DNA from: Trichosphaerium sp. ATCC 40318
Taxonomy: Eukaryota > Protista > Tubulinea
Assembly: GCA_038496445.1 (NCBI GenBank)
Contig: JALMLS010000381.1
Location: forward strand, 2,432 to 66,431
DNA length: 64,000 nucleotides
Direction of reading: 5' to 3'
Positions 13,271 to 27,800 of this stretch are shown in pieces. Position numbers and translations under genes: made by a program. The notes under the pieces were generated by a model. It did no database searches, was not told the origin of the DNA, and saw nothing but the letters and a program-made list of their open reading frames with translations. The stretch's first letter is position 1; each line of letters begins with the position of its first letter.

Positions 13271-14261
13271 GGTGATAAGAGTTTGAAAAGTTATATCCAT
13301 AAGCAGAGTACATAGGGAGTTGTCCAGAGATTTGTAATCTGAATTTACACTATCATTGCTTTCATAAGTTTTGAGAGTTTTTTAAGCTCATTATCGTCTC
13401 TAGTGAACTGGAAGGAGCCCTGCCCTAACCCCAATAGTTGTTCCAAGTACTAAAATAACCAAAAAACGATGACTTTTAATTCGACGCTGTCACAAAAGGA
13501 ATATTAAGTACGGGAAATTGCAAACAAAATTAAACATACAGAACCCATACCAGACAAATATAGTCAATATGGATGCCTCTAAAGCCTCCCCGGTTTGTTG
13601 AATCTGTAAAATGTATCATTACAGATTGCACTACATAGTTTGCTTTCCAGCGAACCATCCCAGAAGTTACAAACTCTATGTCCAGAGAATATTGTTCAAA
13701 TTAATCCAGAGGTGCCTTGGTTGGTAGGCATCCGTAGCTGTAATGACTAATTTATGTTTTAAAGGAGTATTCGTTCATGCTGATTTTAAGATAAGAACGT
13801 GACTAGTTTTTTAGCAAAGAAAATGCTCAACTCAAGTTGTTCTGAAATAAATAAATTCGCCTTGCTTTCAAGTTCACGAAACTTCAACATTTAACACACA
13901 GAAATAGTGAGATACTCCTTGTGGCAAGCAGATTTGGTCTTGGATAGTGTAGTAGCAAGGCTTGTTTAGTAGGTTTTTGTAAAGCGATCACCTACTTTAT
14001 AGCCTCTAGAAGAAAACTAAGATAAGCAAAAAAATTACCAACACATTTAAAATCTCAATAGCAGTAAAAAAAAAAGAACAAACAAAGATTAATCACAAAG
14101 AATGTCTGTGTACTACTTCAGTCTTTGGTACTATTAGTCAGCACTTTAAATAAGACGTTCCAACAAAGAGAACAACTAGTGGTACATATGGAAACCCCAG
14201 CCATACCAGTGAACATGACACTCATCACATCAAAAAAAACTAAACAACAACAAAATACGCA

Positions 14262-14692
14262 ATGCATCGCCTCTTGCTCCTTCTGTTGGTATTATGCTCC
14301 TTTACAGCATCGATCTCTGCACTTGTGCAGTTCCAAAGAGGAGGGATTAACATTGCGCTATGGAAGCTCCTATTAGCACTGTGAGAATGCAAACTATAGC
14401 TTTTAGCACCTCAGTGTCGCCATCACAGTACTGGTTTCAAGTATCTCGCCCAGGAGGAACAGCTTACAGAAATTATCAAACACGGAGGTGCCTTGAATTA
14501 GACATCAACTTAACAAATCCTAATCTTTACGTTGGAACTTCTGCATGCACTTTCTCTAACAAGCAATTGTTCAATCTTGGTAGTGATAAAAAGCTAAGGG
14601 CTGTTGCTGGTGGATGTATAACCAGCGGAGGCGCTGGTGGTCGTGTTCAAGGAACTGGTTGTAACAACGCTCCTCAGTGGTTTCTCGTATAA
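14262..14692 (+). CDS. Secreted ricin-B (beta-trefoil) lectin-like protein with a 1-nt frameshift near 14349
   Basis: Signal peptide MHRLLLLLLVLCSFTASISA is in a different frame from the ORF carrying SQYW, RNYQTRRCLELD, KQLF and CNNAPQW motifs. Confidence 0.65.
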
Positions 14693-15749
14693 AAACCTTT
14701 TCACTCAAATAAATGATGCTATTCATTTCACCAAGCCTTAGTTTTTAGCCAAGTTCCTAGAGTACGATCATGTTGATAATAAGTTGATTTACGTTCGATT
14801 TCATCGTTGTGAAATATGTGTGACTTTTTTGGTCCGATTTTTTATGTGTCACGTGACTAGAAAAAGTTGACAAAAAATTGCATGTTGAAACTATGAAAAC
14901 GCCTATGTCCTTGTTAGCTGAACGTCTTGACACAACAATATCAAACGCGTTAATATTGAAGAAATTTGATTGCAGATTGCACGTTAACATATTTCTGATA
15001 TTCCTGTAATTACTGCGTTGACATTGAATGATTTTTTTTTATTCCGGTTTCAATGAACAGCTGCAGATAGAAAAGTTTTTGCCACGTGCCAACATGAAGA
15101 AAGGCCAGACGCTCTTTAATATCTTTGTCATGCTTTGGAAGTTCTAAAAAATAACAAGAAAGTGATTTGTAATCAGGATACAAAACGGAAAACTTGCCCA
15201 CATGACCTTCTCTTGGTTCAGGAAGCCAATAAATATGAATTTATACCAAAATATGAGTGTACAGGCAGTCTCGAGTTCAGTTGAACCTAAAATGGACGCA
15301 TCTGTACGAGGGTGGTTCCACTTTGGAAGTAGGTAGGCAGTGTTGGTCAAAAACACGTGAAAAATACTTCAAAATGTAACGCACTAACTCCGTGTCCTTG
15401 TTTAACTGTTTAGAAAGCCACGTGTACCAACGGGTTTTTTGTAGGTTAAAGACCACCAGTTACCAAAAATAAGCAACTGTGCGGTAAATCTCACTACAAA
15501 CAGTCGTAACATAGCTAGCACAAGATACTGTGTGTAGAGTATTGTGCACATACTACTCCGTTTGCAGCGCACAAGTAGGAGAAAACTGCTTCGGTTAGTT
15601 TTATCAGATAGATAAAGCGGTGTAGCTCCTTTTAATGTTTCTTTATGTGTACGACTACTGAAGGTGAACTAGCGAAAATTCATAATGTTAGTTGGGTTTT
15701 TTTACCTCAACTTCATCTGATGAGCTTGCGTATAACATAACGTTCCAAG

Positions 15750-16310
15750 ATACAACTCCTAGATAGAAACATTGAGATAGTCTATATTTTTATGCCTTCC
15801 TTGCCTGGATTCATGTCAATACGAACTAACCACGAGCAACAAGGTAGTGTTTGGTCCAAACAAAACAAAAAATTATCAAAAAAAAAACGACATTGTAAAA
15901 CACTAAACGTACTTGTGGCATTCTACATACAGCGCCAACGCCATCGTTTGTTTTTGAAGCCTACAAACTGCGTTGTAGGCAAACAAGCTTGTATACTCTA
16001 AAAACTTTCGTTAGTGTAAAAAATGGAGTTACACGTGCCCTTAAAACGTTAAAAACGTGTCAGCAAACTAAACCAAAAAAAACGACATTATCACAACATT
16101 TTGTGTTCACCCAACGCTGAGCGAACACCGGTAAAGCATTAAACAGCTGATACGCTATGTTTAACGTACCGAAATAAAAACTGTCTTCTAACGACCTTGT
16201 GCAGCTGTTATAGCGCTTGAAACTTTGCACAAAAGCACTACACATTTATGCAGGGCTTCTGTTATGAAACAGGAGGTTGGCTGGGCTGTGTTTTTGGAGA
16301 CTTAACTTCA
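15750..16310 (+). repeat. Diverged segmental duplication, copy B
   Basis: Same collinear blocks as 12650-13270. Confidence 0.75.
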
Positions 16311-16339
16311 AAACGTTTGGTAAAAAAAAATACACTATT

Positions 16340-17341
16340 TATTGTACAATGATTGATACCTTATGTAAATGATGGCGCTTAAACAAGTCAACTTCTCTCT
16401 AGTAGTAAATATTTACAGCGTTCCAGTAAGCGTCGTACGTGTGTTCCTTTTCTTCCATTTGCAAGGGGTCGCCACCAGCTTCTTGCCCTGTGCTGAATCA
16501 GAATTGTACTGCTCTTTTTCCGTACCTTGAGGGTTATCGATTACCATTGGTTCAGTAGGCTCACAAGCAAGGGATTGTGGTTCGTCAACGAACAAGGAGT
16601 TGGACTTGTCCACAAATGAATTGGGCGGCGCGGTGTTTTGGATCATAGCATCAGGATTGATACACTTGCTAACGTTATTTTGGTGAGTTGGTGAATCGTT
16701 ACCAATCTTTACTTCTTTATCTGTCGAGACTTTAAGAAACTCTACATAGAAAATATGAGTAAGAAATACTTTTGAAAAAAGGATTTAGTACTCCGTATGT
16801 AGCATTCCTTTACTTTTTTATAGTGATGTGGCTCTAATTTTAGACTCATGTCAGGTGCGTTAGTGTTGAAAATAACAAATTCAAACAGTTCTCGGCCACC
16901 AGCTGTAATTTTTTTGTAGCATCTTCTTTTTTTCTACAAAAAAAAAAATTAAAACTAGTTTTTCCAAGTTTGTTGTTGTTAAACACTCACAGCAATGCTA
17001 CTTCTTATGCCGTACTTGTATAAGTTGTTTGTGAAGGATTTTGACGATGTATAAAGTCGTTGAAGGGTACGAAAGTCTGACACAGCTATGTAGAACAACC
17101 ACGCTTTAACGACTTTTATACTACCTCCATCTCTAAAAAGAGCCTATACACATTGTTAGTTGTTTCAAAAAACAAAGCGAAACAAGTAAATGAAGTTAAA
17201 AAAAAACCCGGAAAAGCAAAAAAGCAAAAAAAGCAAACCATCACGCACAAAACACTTCTTTGACAACTGAGGGTTCTTTTGAGCAAGTTTTAAAACTTTT
17301 TGTATCAGAGGTTTATTATTTCTTTCTTTGCTGTGACTCAT
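16340..17341 (-). CDS. Divergent HSF-like transcription factor, paralogue 3 (3' end approximate)
   Basis: MSHSKERNNKPLIQKVLKLAQKNPQLSKKCF|ALF...AWLFYIAVSDFRTLQRLYTSSKSFTNNLYKYGIRSSIA|...YKKITAGGRELFEFVIFNTNAPDM. SFTNNLYKYGIR resembles the HSF helix-3 motif SFVRQLNMYGFR. Confidence 0.55.
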
Positions 17342-20270
17342 GCTTTGTTTGGTAAAAATAAAACACACTTAAGTGTGTTTAAGTCAAACACCAACGATAT
17401 TTTTCAAAAAACTTACCATTTCTGAGTGGTGAAAGCTGGTTTTGTAGTTATTTTGCAAGTGTTGTGAGTTATTATCGCCTGCTTTCAGGAAGTAAATCTA
17501 TAGATTGAAAAGTCAAAGTTAGGGTTCAAAACAACATCAAAAAGTTTTTCAATGATGGAATGTGACAAACACGTTCTAGTGGGTTAGTCAAAAAAACCCG
17601 GTACACACCGGAGTTTTAAAGAAATGTGAAGCTGGTTTTGTGTTGAATAAAGGGAGTGAAAAACATGGCGTCAAACAGCCTATTTGAGACTGAAAAGAGT
17701 TTGAAAAGGGGTTTTTTTTTCGGTTTCACAAAAAAAACGTTAACTGTTTTTCAAACCACACTTACCTGAGCACCGGATTGACTCATATTTGCTGCTTACT
17801 CCTTTCTGATGTGTACCTCTGCTGAAACATTTCGTAACAACTGCTTTTACTACAAAATTTTTCCGTTTGGCTCAGGCGAGGCACAGCAAGTCACATTACA
17901 TCTGGGTTAGTAAACAGAAGAAAAGATTGATACTGTGCTATATTTTTAGCTTAGCACCTATCAAAATATCAGATGCGACAATAACGATAACAGTACCTTT
18001 TGGAACATACCATAAATTACATTGCTAACAATAAGATTTACTGTTGGCGTTGTTCACTCCACAAATGTCAACCATTTTGGCCTTTACATACATATACATC
18101 ATTGAATGTTGTACCACACACATTCTGAGCTACTGCTCGATGAAAAGCGATAAAAAAAGCCAAAAACTTTTACCTATCCGTGTATCCTTTTGTCAATTGT
18201 TCATGAGCCTAATATGAATTTAGACAAACACCGAAACAGTTTAGAAAACAAAAAGCAAACAACAAAATAAACGAAAAAAAAAACCGCTCCAACAAGGAAT
18301 CTTCTTGGAAAGCATTTTGAAGCTCTAAGTTCCAGTTCATTTCTGAAACAAATAAAAAATCCTTCTACACCTCTTTTTGTACAATCAATGATCCCCTATG
18401 GAAGATAGTACTAAGGAGACCTTGTTTAGGGCCTTTTTAAAAGACACGTGCACCAACGGGTTTTTTTGTCGTTTCATTTGAAAAATCAATAAATAATTGC
18501 TGCAAACAGTTGTACAGTTACTAACACAAGGTTTACCTTGTAGTAACGCAGTTGGAAAAAGCCATGTTGAAGCCTGTCATTGTTTTAGTATGCAATTAAA
18601 AGGGACAGCTTTATACATATTCTTGAGGTGTAAACCTGTTTTTGAATTTGGTTATAAAGTGAGTAGAGATTATTGCTTGTTTGTGATAAAGATGGTATTC
18701 ATCCCGCTAGTAGGGCGGGTATGGCCAAATTACTTTCTGACAATACGGTTTTTTCTAGCGAAGAAAGAAAATAAAAAAGCTATGTTCTGCCACGGTAAAC
18801 TCAAAACATAGAAAGTTGTGAGCAAAGAAAAAGTGACATTACAATTTTGCAGTGGTAGCTTTTTGTGCACAACACGGGAAAAAATCACGAAGTATTTAAT
18901 AGTATTCTCCAAACAAAAGGATGTTTAGTAAGAATTTTCAGCCTACTGGCATCATACTTTTTTCTATGAACTTGGTGAAACAAGAATCGCAAACAATAGC
19001 TGGAGGTTACCAGTGTTTTCCTATCTTTTTGGTAATCTCGGTGGTAATTTACTCCGATGATAGGCTCTCGCAATGCACATTCCAGTTGGCTTTTTGTAAA
19101 ATGAAAACAAACGTACTATTTTGTACTCCAAACACATGGAAAGGTTTTTTTTAGAGGCGTAATCTACGTGATTACTAAACAGTTAAGAAAATCACGTTTG
19201 TCCTACTTGAAACAATTGCTCACGAAAACAAAGTTCTCCACCACGTAAAACGCCAAGTTGTAATACTATAGCCATGCACAGAGCGTAAAGCACTGGTCGT
19301 GTATTCTTACCGCAAAACTTTCTCAAACCCTCATCATACTTCAAATTGAAGAGCTCCAGTGGGTCCTAGATTACAAAACATAAAGTTAGCCTCCGCTGTA
19401 TTTGTTACTAACTTTGAATTAAAAAAAAGAACAAAAAAAGATTTGTGGTTTCGGAAACGTAGGGATCCATCACGTGATTAAAACGTGACAACTACGCCGC
19501 TAATACAAACGCATGGAAAAAGCTCACAGTTCTATATAATATGTTTTACTATGGCTTAAAAGAACCTAAACATGTAAAACAATTACCAGGAGGTTTTTAA
19601 TACAGTTTTGTATAACCAGGCTTTTAATGAGTTTTGACACATGGATTTTTTTTTGTGCCAAAACACAGAAGAATTTTCAAGCGAAAAAAAAGATCGAAAC
19701 GGCTTATACACACCAGTCTTGAGGATGTAGATGGCATGGTTTGTCATTTTTCCAAAAAAGCACGCACGTATCGTTGGTTGTGAACAAGCCACTTTTTTAC
19801 CATCGCTGATAGTACGAGCCATAATAATGAATATATATGTCGACGCAGCAGAATAAGAACATTCCGGCGGTTTTTTTTTGTGCGTGAAGAAAAACAAGCG
19901 TAGTAAATAAAAACTAATCTTCATACGCACTAATTTGTACTCAAAAATAGTTGGAAAGGGTTTTTAGAAGGTATAAAAAAACCGTTACAATTTTTTTCAA
20001 TACTAGCGTACTCTCACTCCAAAACCGCTCACGTTCGCGGTTATACGTTGATGTATACGTAACAATTACGGCTATACCAAAGCCTGCTGTTTGTAATATG
20101 GCGACGCACATAACGAATGTTGAGAAAGAAGATAGCGTCTGGCATATTTTTACACTTTAACCCTATCAAAAAAATTGTTACACGTGACAATAACATAACA
20201 GTACCTAGATAACAGCTGTATATCACCATCTCACCATAAATTAAAACTGGCACAATAGTAAGGGTATACT

Positions 20271-23200
20271 TTACTGATGAGTTGTAATTATAGCACTATG
20301 CGATGACAACCCCGGAGAAGTTGCTGTAACAACAATAGTCCCAGAAGTAAAATCGGCTTGAACAATTGCACGTGATAAACCATTGAATGAAGATCTCTTT
20401 GTCGCTTTATCTGGCTCATGACAACTAGGGTCTCCATTACCAACACCAATTATTGAACCTGGTCCAGTAATAGCGAATGAAATCATATTACTGGCAGTTG
20501 GTACAACTCTTCCGACGTCATCAACAACAGAAGCCTAAAATTCTCATACGTAAGCCATAAAAAAAAACCTGTTGTTCGTCTATTCTTACAGATATCATCG
20601 CTGAATCCTGTCCATCTGCTTTTATTCCACCGCCTCCGACTTCAACCACCAGTTTTATACTATGTGGCACACCGGTCGTCTAGAAAAAATAAAAACAAAA
20701 AAAAAACTGCAACATTACGATTTTCTCACCTCTACTGTTTCTGAAGAAACTTGTGTTCCACTCCCATCGTAGCCTTTTGCTGATACACTACCTTTTTCGT
20801 ATAAAACACTCCATGATACATGTCCATAAATAGGAACGTCTTTTTTGCCTTGAGAAACACCTACAAAATAACAGTTAATAAGCACAACTTTAGTTCTGTT
20901 GAGCGGTTACCATTGATGAATAGCTCAACTGACTTGGCATTTGAGTACACCCACACAGGCCTTATAGAACCGCTGTTAGTTAGACACCTATCGCCTGCAG
21001 CGCCTGAAACGATTGTTTGACCTTTCAAAGTCCATTTTTGATTTGATCCTTCATCGCACGTGTACACACCAACCTCAAGTGATTTTAGTTTGTTTCTTAT
21101 TTGCTTTTTAAACGTACGTTTGGTCCTTCTCCTGAATCCCAAAGATCCATACAACCACCATTAGCAACGTTTTTAAATGATCCGCCTTTTTCGTGAGTGA
21201 AAAGCTGGTTTTTATCGTCTAGTTTACATTCCGCAAGTGTCAATGGTTCACAGCCCTTAGATACGTCATTGCATGTAGCATCAACACACATGCCAGAGCT
21301 ATGCTGGATAGTTCCTAGAAATAGTTAAGAGCATACTAGGCAAGAAAAAGGAAAAACTGTTTTGCATACCTGCGGATCCTTCACTTCCTGAGAAAGTAAA
21401 TGCTTGCTCTTTGGAGAATGATCCACATAAAACAGCGCTTAAATGAAGTGATGATGAAGCTTTCAATTCATTCCAATGAGGAAAGATATGTAACACAGGC
21501 TCAGAAGTCCACCAAGACTACAAATAATAAAGTCAACTTAATTCTTTAGGTTTCCAAGTCTTTTCTAATTTCGTACTTGGTAGTACCAAAAGGCGTCCTT
21601 TGGAAATCCAGCTAAATCTATAGCGCCAAAGTTGCTATTAACACAAGGCCAATTGTAAGGCGTTGGTTCACCTTGACTTGTTAGAAATGCGGTTTTTTGT
21701 AGTTTTGTTTAGTGGTTACCTTTGTAATCGAATCCTGTCCAAGCAAATCCTCCGGCGATAAAATCACGTGTTGAATCTACGGTCCACCAATTTTGCATGC
21801 AACTATCAGCAGAAAATACAGATTTATGTGCCGCAGTATCATTTGTAACATAAATACCTCTTGCACACGTGCAACTTGCTGTCTCGCTCTAACGAAATGA
21901 GAATATTTCTTCTTGTTAATAGGCCAGCTGGACGTACTTGAATCATAGGTTTATCTGGATATGTTTTATGATACACATCCAGTTCTTCGTAATTATAGTT
22001 GACACCTTGAACATCCATAACCTGAGGAAGAATGATAAGTCTTCTTCGCTCTTTTTTTTTATTAAGTTACCTTTGGTCCCCATCCGTAGAGTAAGTCTTG
22101 TAACTTTGCATTCCAGGCACCACTTACAGGCCTCGTATCGTCTATTTTATCAATAATAGACTTAAGTTCCATGGCAATATCTAGAGCTTTGGTATCATTT
22201 GCTGCCTCCGAGCAACCTATTTTTTAAATGTCTTTAGTGAGTTCTTAGAAATCAAAGTAGCTCATATAACCTACCTCCTTCGTTACACAATGACCAAATT
22301 ATAATCGAAGGATGATTTCTATCCCTATGAGGTAACACAGCAACATCAGATAAATACTGAGATGTATCACCAAAGTTTCTATTCTCATCCCAAACCAGCA
22401 TACCTTAAAAAAACGTGTTTGTTTCACAAGGTGATGTTTACGAAGTACCATTTTCGTCCGCGAAATCCAAGAGTTCTGGATTTGGAGGATTATGTGACAT
22501 TCTCCATGCGTTAGCACCCATTGACATTAATTTTTGAACCCGGAATAAGTTGATACGATCAGGTACAGCTGTTCCAACACCAGCAAAGTCTTGATGATTG
22601 CAAAATCCTAGCAGTTTATTATTAAAAAGGAATGACATGATTCATCGCTACCTTTGACTTTTACAGATTGATCGTTGAGTATCAGACCTATAAAATAATC
22701 AATACTAGTGGCTCTTGTAGGAACGGTTTTTTTACAAGTACTGGTGCAAACCACAGAAGACCTGTTTTAAATTAAAGTTTGAGATGTACCTTTATCTTTA
22801 TCAAAAACTACTTTGCGTACACCTACGCGAGTACTGACTTCGTCTATGCTAGAAGCACCATTCATGATACTACTTACTAAGGTGTACAGATATCCATCTC
22901 TGACATGCCATAGATTCACCTTCAAAGAGATGAGTTAGCAAAACATGTTTCTGTAACAAAAAAACACATCCCGCACATCGTTCATACTTATTGTCAATAC
23001 TGCCGTGGTTGTGCCTTTTGGACCCAATTGAAAGGACTTCGTTGTATTCGATCCAACAATCTTCATTTGAGCATCTTTAATAGATGTAGAAAGCTATCAC
23101 CACAGTTAGATTAAGGAATAACACTTTTTTATAAATGTACTGTGAAAGTTTCCGTTGATGAACCGTCGTTAATAATGTCTATGCTGATATCAAACATCGC

Positions 23201-24661
23201 ACTACTTGAAACAAGTCCATTTGCAGTACTAGCAATAGTACCAGTCACCAGAGATTTAGCATAACTACAAAGTGAAACATTAGAACTTCAGTCAGATTCA
23301 AAGTGCTTTTGAGGAAAAAACGTACACTCCCCAAGGTACAATATGTAAAGGATTCGCTGTAGTTAGCCATACATGCCTGTATACACCACCACCTTCATAC
23401 CTAATTGGTAGAGTGAGATAATTCATCTACGAAGCTGACTGTTATCAACATTATATACAACGTACCACCATCCTTCATTGTGTGTTGAATCTACTTTAAT
23501 AGCAAGTACATTAGGACCATCATACCGTAAATAATCTTGGATGTAGTATCTGAAACTAGTGTATCCAGAAGGGTGATTTCCTAGTTCCCAAATAAACACA
23601 GTAAGCTTGAAATCTGTGTACAACAAAAAGAAAAAAACAGAAATTGTACCGAGAAGATGTCCGTTCAAATAAGCTGTACTATCACGGTATACGCCATCAA
23701 AATCCAACCAAATCGTTTGGCCTTCAGAGTCAGAAGGCGCATTAAATGTCTTTCTGTACCAAGCGATACCCTACGAGTTGCTGTTAAATCGATAAGTTGC
23801 TAGTGCCAATTAAGTCAAACGGAAAAGTTGAAGTAAAAAGTGGAATTGTGCTTTGGCTTGTTTCAATTTTTCCAGCTTTGTCTCCTGAAGAACTTCGTAG
23901 ATTGTACCTTTGGTAGGTATCCATGACTCCTGTCACCATTCTCGTTAAATGTTCCCTCTATTACAAAATCATGTGGTACGTTCAAAGACCTCCAAGATGA
24001 ATCATTAAAATCATCCATACAATACGGATCACCACATGTTTGATTATTCAATGGAGGTTTTACAGTTCTCCCTTTTGAAACCCATCCCTTACCCGGTTTA
24101 CAATCCGCCGTACTACCTACCCAGCAAGTCCCAGCAGGCGTACATTCAGTAGATCCAGGTGGACACCTACGAAACAGTTTAGTACCACGTGACCTAATAA
24201 CTCACAACAAATATGTACCACTGCCACGTGCCGCATTCTACATCTGCGCAACAGGCGTATCGACACTCATCTACATTTTTCGCTGCGTTGTATTGAGAAA
24301 GGCCAAAACACTGCGTATCGTTCATGTCGATCGGAAATGTACTCGAAGGGCATACAACAGTCTTTTTCAACAGATAAAACTTCCATCTGCGACAAAATAA
24401 TATTAGCACGTGATTTTAAGCGTTAAAAACGTGTTGGAGTGCGATTAACGAACTGAAAGAATCAGTGATAAACCGTTAGAAAAGTTTTGCGTTCACCAAA
24501 GATCAACCCAAAGCGAATCCAAATAAATAGACCAACAGTGCTCCAGAGTGGTATTAACATACCCAAAGTCAAAACTAGATCGCTGGCGACCTGATACAGC
24601 TTTTGCTGAGCTTGAAGCTATAATCAACGCTACCAAGCAGCAATACTGTAATGCGTAGCAT
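20271..24661 (-). CDS. Secreted glycoside hydrolase family 2 (beta-galactosidase-like) with an inserted ricin-B domain
   Basis: RQRSSFDFGWKF, WRSLNVPHDF, FDGVYR, HPSGYTSF, WWYEGGGVYRHV, NHQDFAGVG, RMSHNPP, WSLCNE, WTGFDYKGEPTP and GVGNGDPSCHEPD. Ricin-like GGCMDLWD/NQKW at ~20960-21300. About 20 introns. Apparent 1-nt frameshift in the signal peptide. Confidence 0.92.
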
Positions 24662-24889
24662 GTTTATGGAAAGATCAACACTTAAACTCAATGTACCTTT
24701 GACTTAACGGTTACGTTACACATAAAGCAGCCCGTGCTAGATAAATTATGTCTCCAGAGACCTACGTGATTGTGCTTGAGTTTCCAAAGTGTGTATTCTT
24801 GTGGTTGTCTAAGGTGGTCGAGTCGGTGTGTTGCTTACACCCAAAAACAGTTTTAAAATTATGTTTTATTATTACTTATTTCTTTTACA

Positions 24890-27800
24890 CTAAATTGGTG
24901 AATGCATACCAAGCCTTGTATCAAAATCAAGCTTAAGTATACGTTGTTTTCTTGTATATAGTGATGCATACATCTTCTTACATATCTGATCAATTATAAC
25001 AATGATAGGCACCCAAGCGAATATTACTACATACGTATACCATTTGATTTTATCAAATAACTCATTGTTCTGTGTTGTAGATACAGCAAAGAAACCGACT
25101 TGCAATACCACACTAAAAATAGAATATGAGCAAAATATTCACGTGTTGATGATTTATAAAAATGAGTTTGAACGCAGGAAGATCAAGACGAATACTAACG
25201 TTTTTTTGTTTCTTCGCGTTTTAAAGCTGGCTGGTTTCTGATTCTTGATCACGTGCCTGATTGATACACATGCCACCCATGGTAAGTTAAGAAGCGGATT
25301 GTACTGAAAAATTGTTCTTGATGGGTGTTGGAAACTCAAGGAGCTCACCGCTACAAGCTTGTTAAATATACACCAAAATTGAAACAACAAGGTTGTTATG
25401 CATACCAGTGAACAAAACAAAGCTAAAAAGCGCAATGTTTTGTGAAAAATCTTGAGCAGAGTAAAATAATGCATCAGGGAAAGTGTTTGGTAGTTTGGCA
25501 CCAAATATAGCCTCAACTGGACCTCCCCAAGTTTGTGAAATTGACCTGTACAAAAAGTTAATTACTTCAAATCAACAACACTCCACAGAAAAACATCTCG
25601 TACAATGCGAATATAAGGACTAGCACTGATATAGTTGGTATAACGCGTATTGAAAACCACTTAAGGTACGTCTTGAAATCATTCTTAAACCGCGTGTTAT
25701 TCTTCGCTGTATAACAGACATTAACAAAGAAAAGGAAGAAAGAATGATGTACCCGAAATAAGCTCGATAATCTTGGATTCTGCACGTGACGATAGTAGTG
25801 GAATTGTTATCAAAGGTATTATTACAAAAATTAACCATAATATCTGTAGTCCAGATAGCGGTTGTGGTAATAGAATAACGTTGCTTACAAGCAAGAAAAA
25901 ATGGAGTGATAACAAAACTGATAAGAAAAAAAGCACAGCCTATAATTTACAGCGGTAAGTGACTTATCAACTTATTAACAAGAATTGACGTACCTGTTTA
26001 GTATTGCGTGATACACGTCTACCTTCCCATAACAGATTCAATAACCGTTCGAACTTTGGCTGTCCGAAAACAAGATCACAAGCAAGGCAATTCAAGTCAA
26101 CACCAAAATTGGATGTTGTACCTTGTGCTTTAAAATGCCTTGAAGAAATCTCGCCAGTCTTATAAAACAAAAAAGTTAGTAAATGGTTGGCACGTTTCTT
26201 TTTCGTTCTTTGACGTACAAAATATTGTGTTCTTGGTGTCATTCCAATAGCTAGATGCGCTTGACTGAAAGATGGTACATTTTTGTGCGTAAGGGAGCTT
26301 CCAGCAACCATTACAACCTCTCCATTTTCACGCAAGATTTTTATCTACAACGTTTGAGTTTAGGATACTAATTTGGTACAATACGTACCATCTCCGAAGC
26401 CGATGATGCATCTACGTCACAAAATAACTTTACCAAGAGCGGTACATTATCAACATTTTTAATGTGATCACGAATAGACGAGATACCAACTGGTAATTTT
26501 TCTGCAAACAAAATGGTCAGGGTCAGAGCCAACTACAATCCTTCATGTGGACGTACGTATTTCTGATTCTGTTTCTGGTTTCTTAGACTTTGGTGGATCT
26601 CTCAAAGTTACACAACAATTCCAGTCCTATTAAAACGAAGTTTAAAAAAAAAGGCAAAAAATTAAAGTTGATTCGTACTGTTTCTATTCCAAGTTTTTCA
26701 CCAAAACTCTTGATAACGGATTCTGAGTTTGGAGAGAAATACATGAATCGTATACTTGCTGAATTTAGAGCGTGCTAGATGGTGTTAAAAGGTGAACAAA
26801 AAACTTAATTTTATTTACCAAGGCAGCTACAGCTGTTGCTTTTGGAAGTAACCGTAGGGCTGCCATACCTAAAATAATATTAAAAATAGCTCAGTATTAG
26901 ATATAAGTACCAATGAAAATTTGTTTGTGTGTCAAGGACTCGAATTCTTCAGCAACAGAACCATCTAAATGAAGATTAGTATTTTAAAATGCAGTACAAC
27001 TAAATACCTTGTTCTACTTCACTTTCATCCAAATCCTCTGTATCACTATCTTCTGTAGTCCCTTGATGAACTACTTTGGAATATTTCTTATCTATAGATT
27101 TAAAGCTTTGAATGAGTTAAAGAAAGGTCGTTTTGTAATCCAATGAAAAAAACAAAAGACGTGGATACGAGAATCCCAACAACTTGTAATCAGTAAGGTT
27201 CCAGTCGCTCACTACCTTTTTTAGAGTTTTCCTATCTGATTTACGAAGCTTTTTAATACTCTTGCCATCCCAAAACTCTAATCAAGTTATGACTAAGTGT
27301 GCTTGAATGTACTTACCAGAGCAAGACTTTAGAATATCAAGCGGAGGACCAACAGCCAACAATTGCATGTTGCCACTGTTTTTATCTTTAACAACTAAGC
27401 TTACACCATCATTGTGAGGTATCCATCTCGGTTAAACTGTAAGTAATTGACCATAGCAAGAGAATAGCAATACCGTATTGGTACAAAGTTATATTTTATA
27501 TCTGATTTAAATCCAATTACTGTTGCTAGATCATCTAAAGCTCCATGGTAATGCTTGACACCAAGAAGCGTTGTAAGCTCGCCATAATACCCTGTTAGAA
27601 TGCAATTCAAGCCAAGAGGCTTAAGTGCTCTTAAGGTCGTTAGTCGAACAGAAAACGATTTTATCAGTCGGCATACGGAATAAGAGCTTGCCATTCTTGC
27701 ATTTTAAACGACAGAACGCCATCATCAGCCTCTAAACTGAGTAGCTTCGGTGTTCGTTTTTCATCCATAACACAAATAGACTCAACAAAAGGTCTTGCCT

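Noticed and set aside
15010-15356. Possible fourth HSF-like paralogue (also 18885-19073)
   Set aside because: I could not align these fragments to the shared domain or its intron positions.
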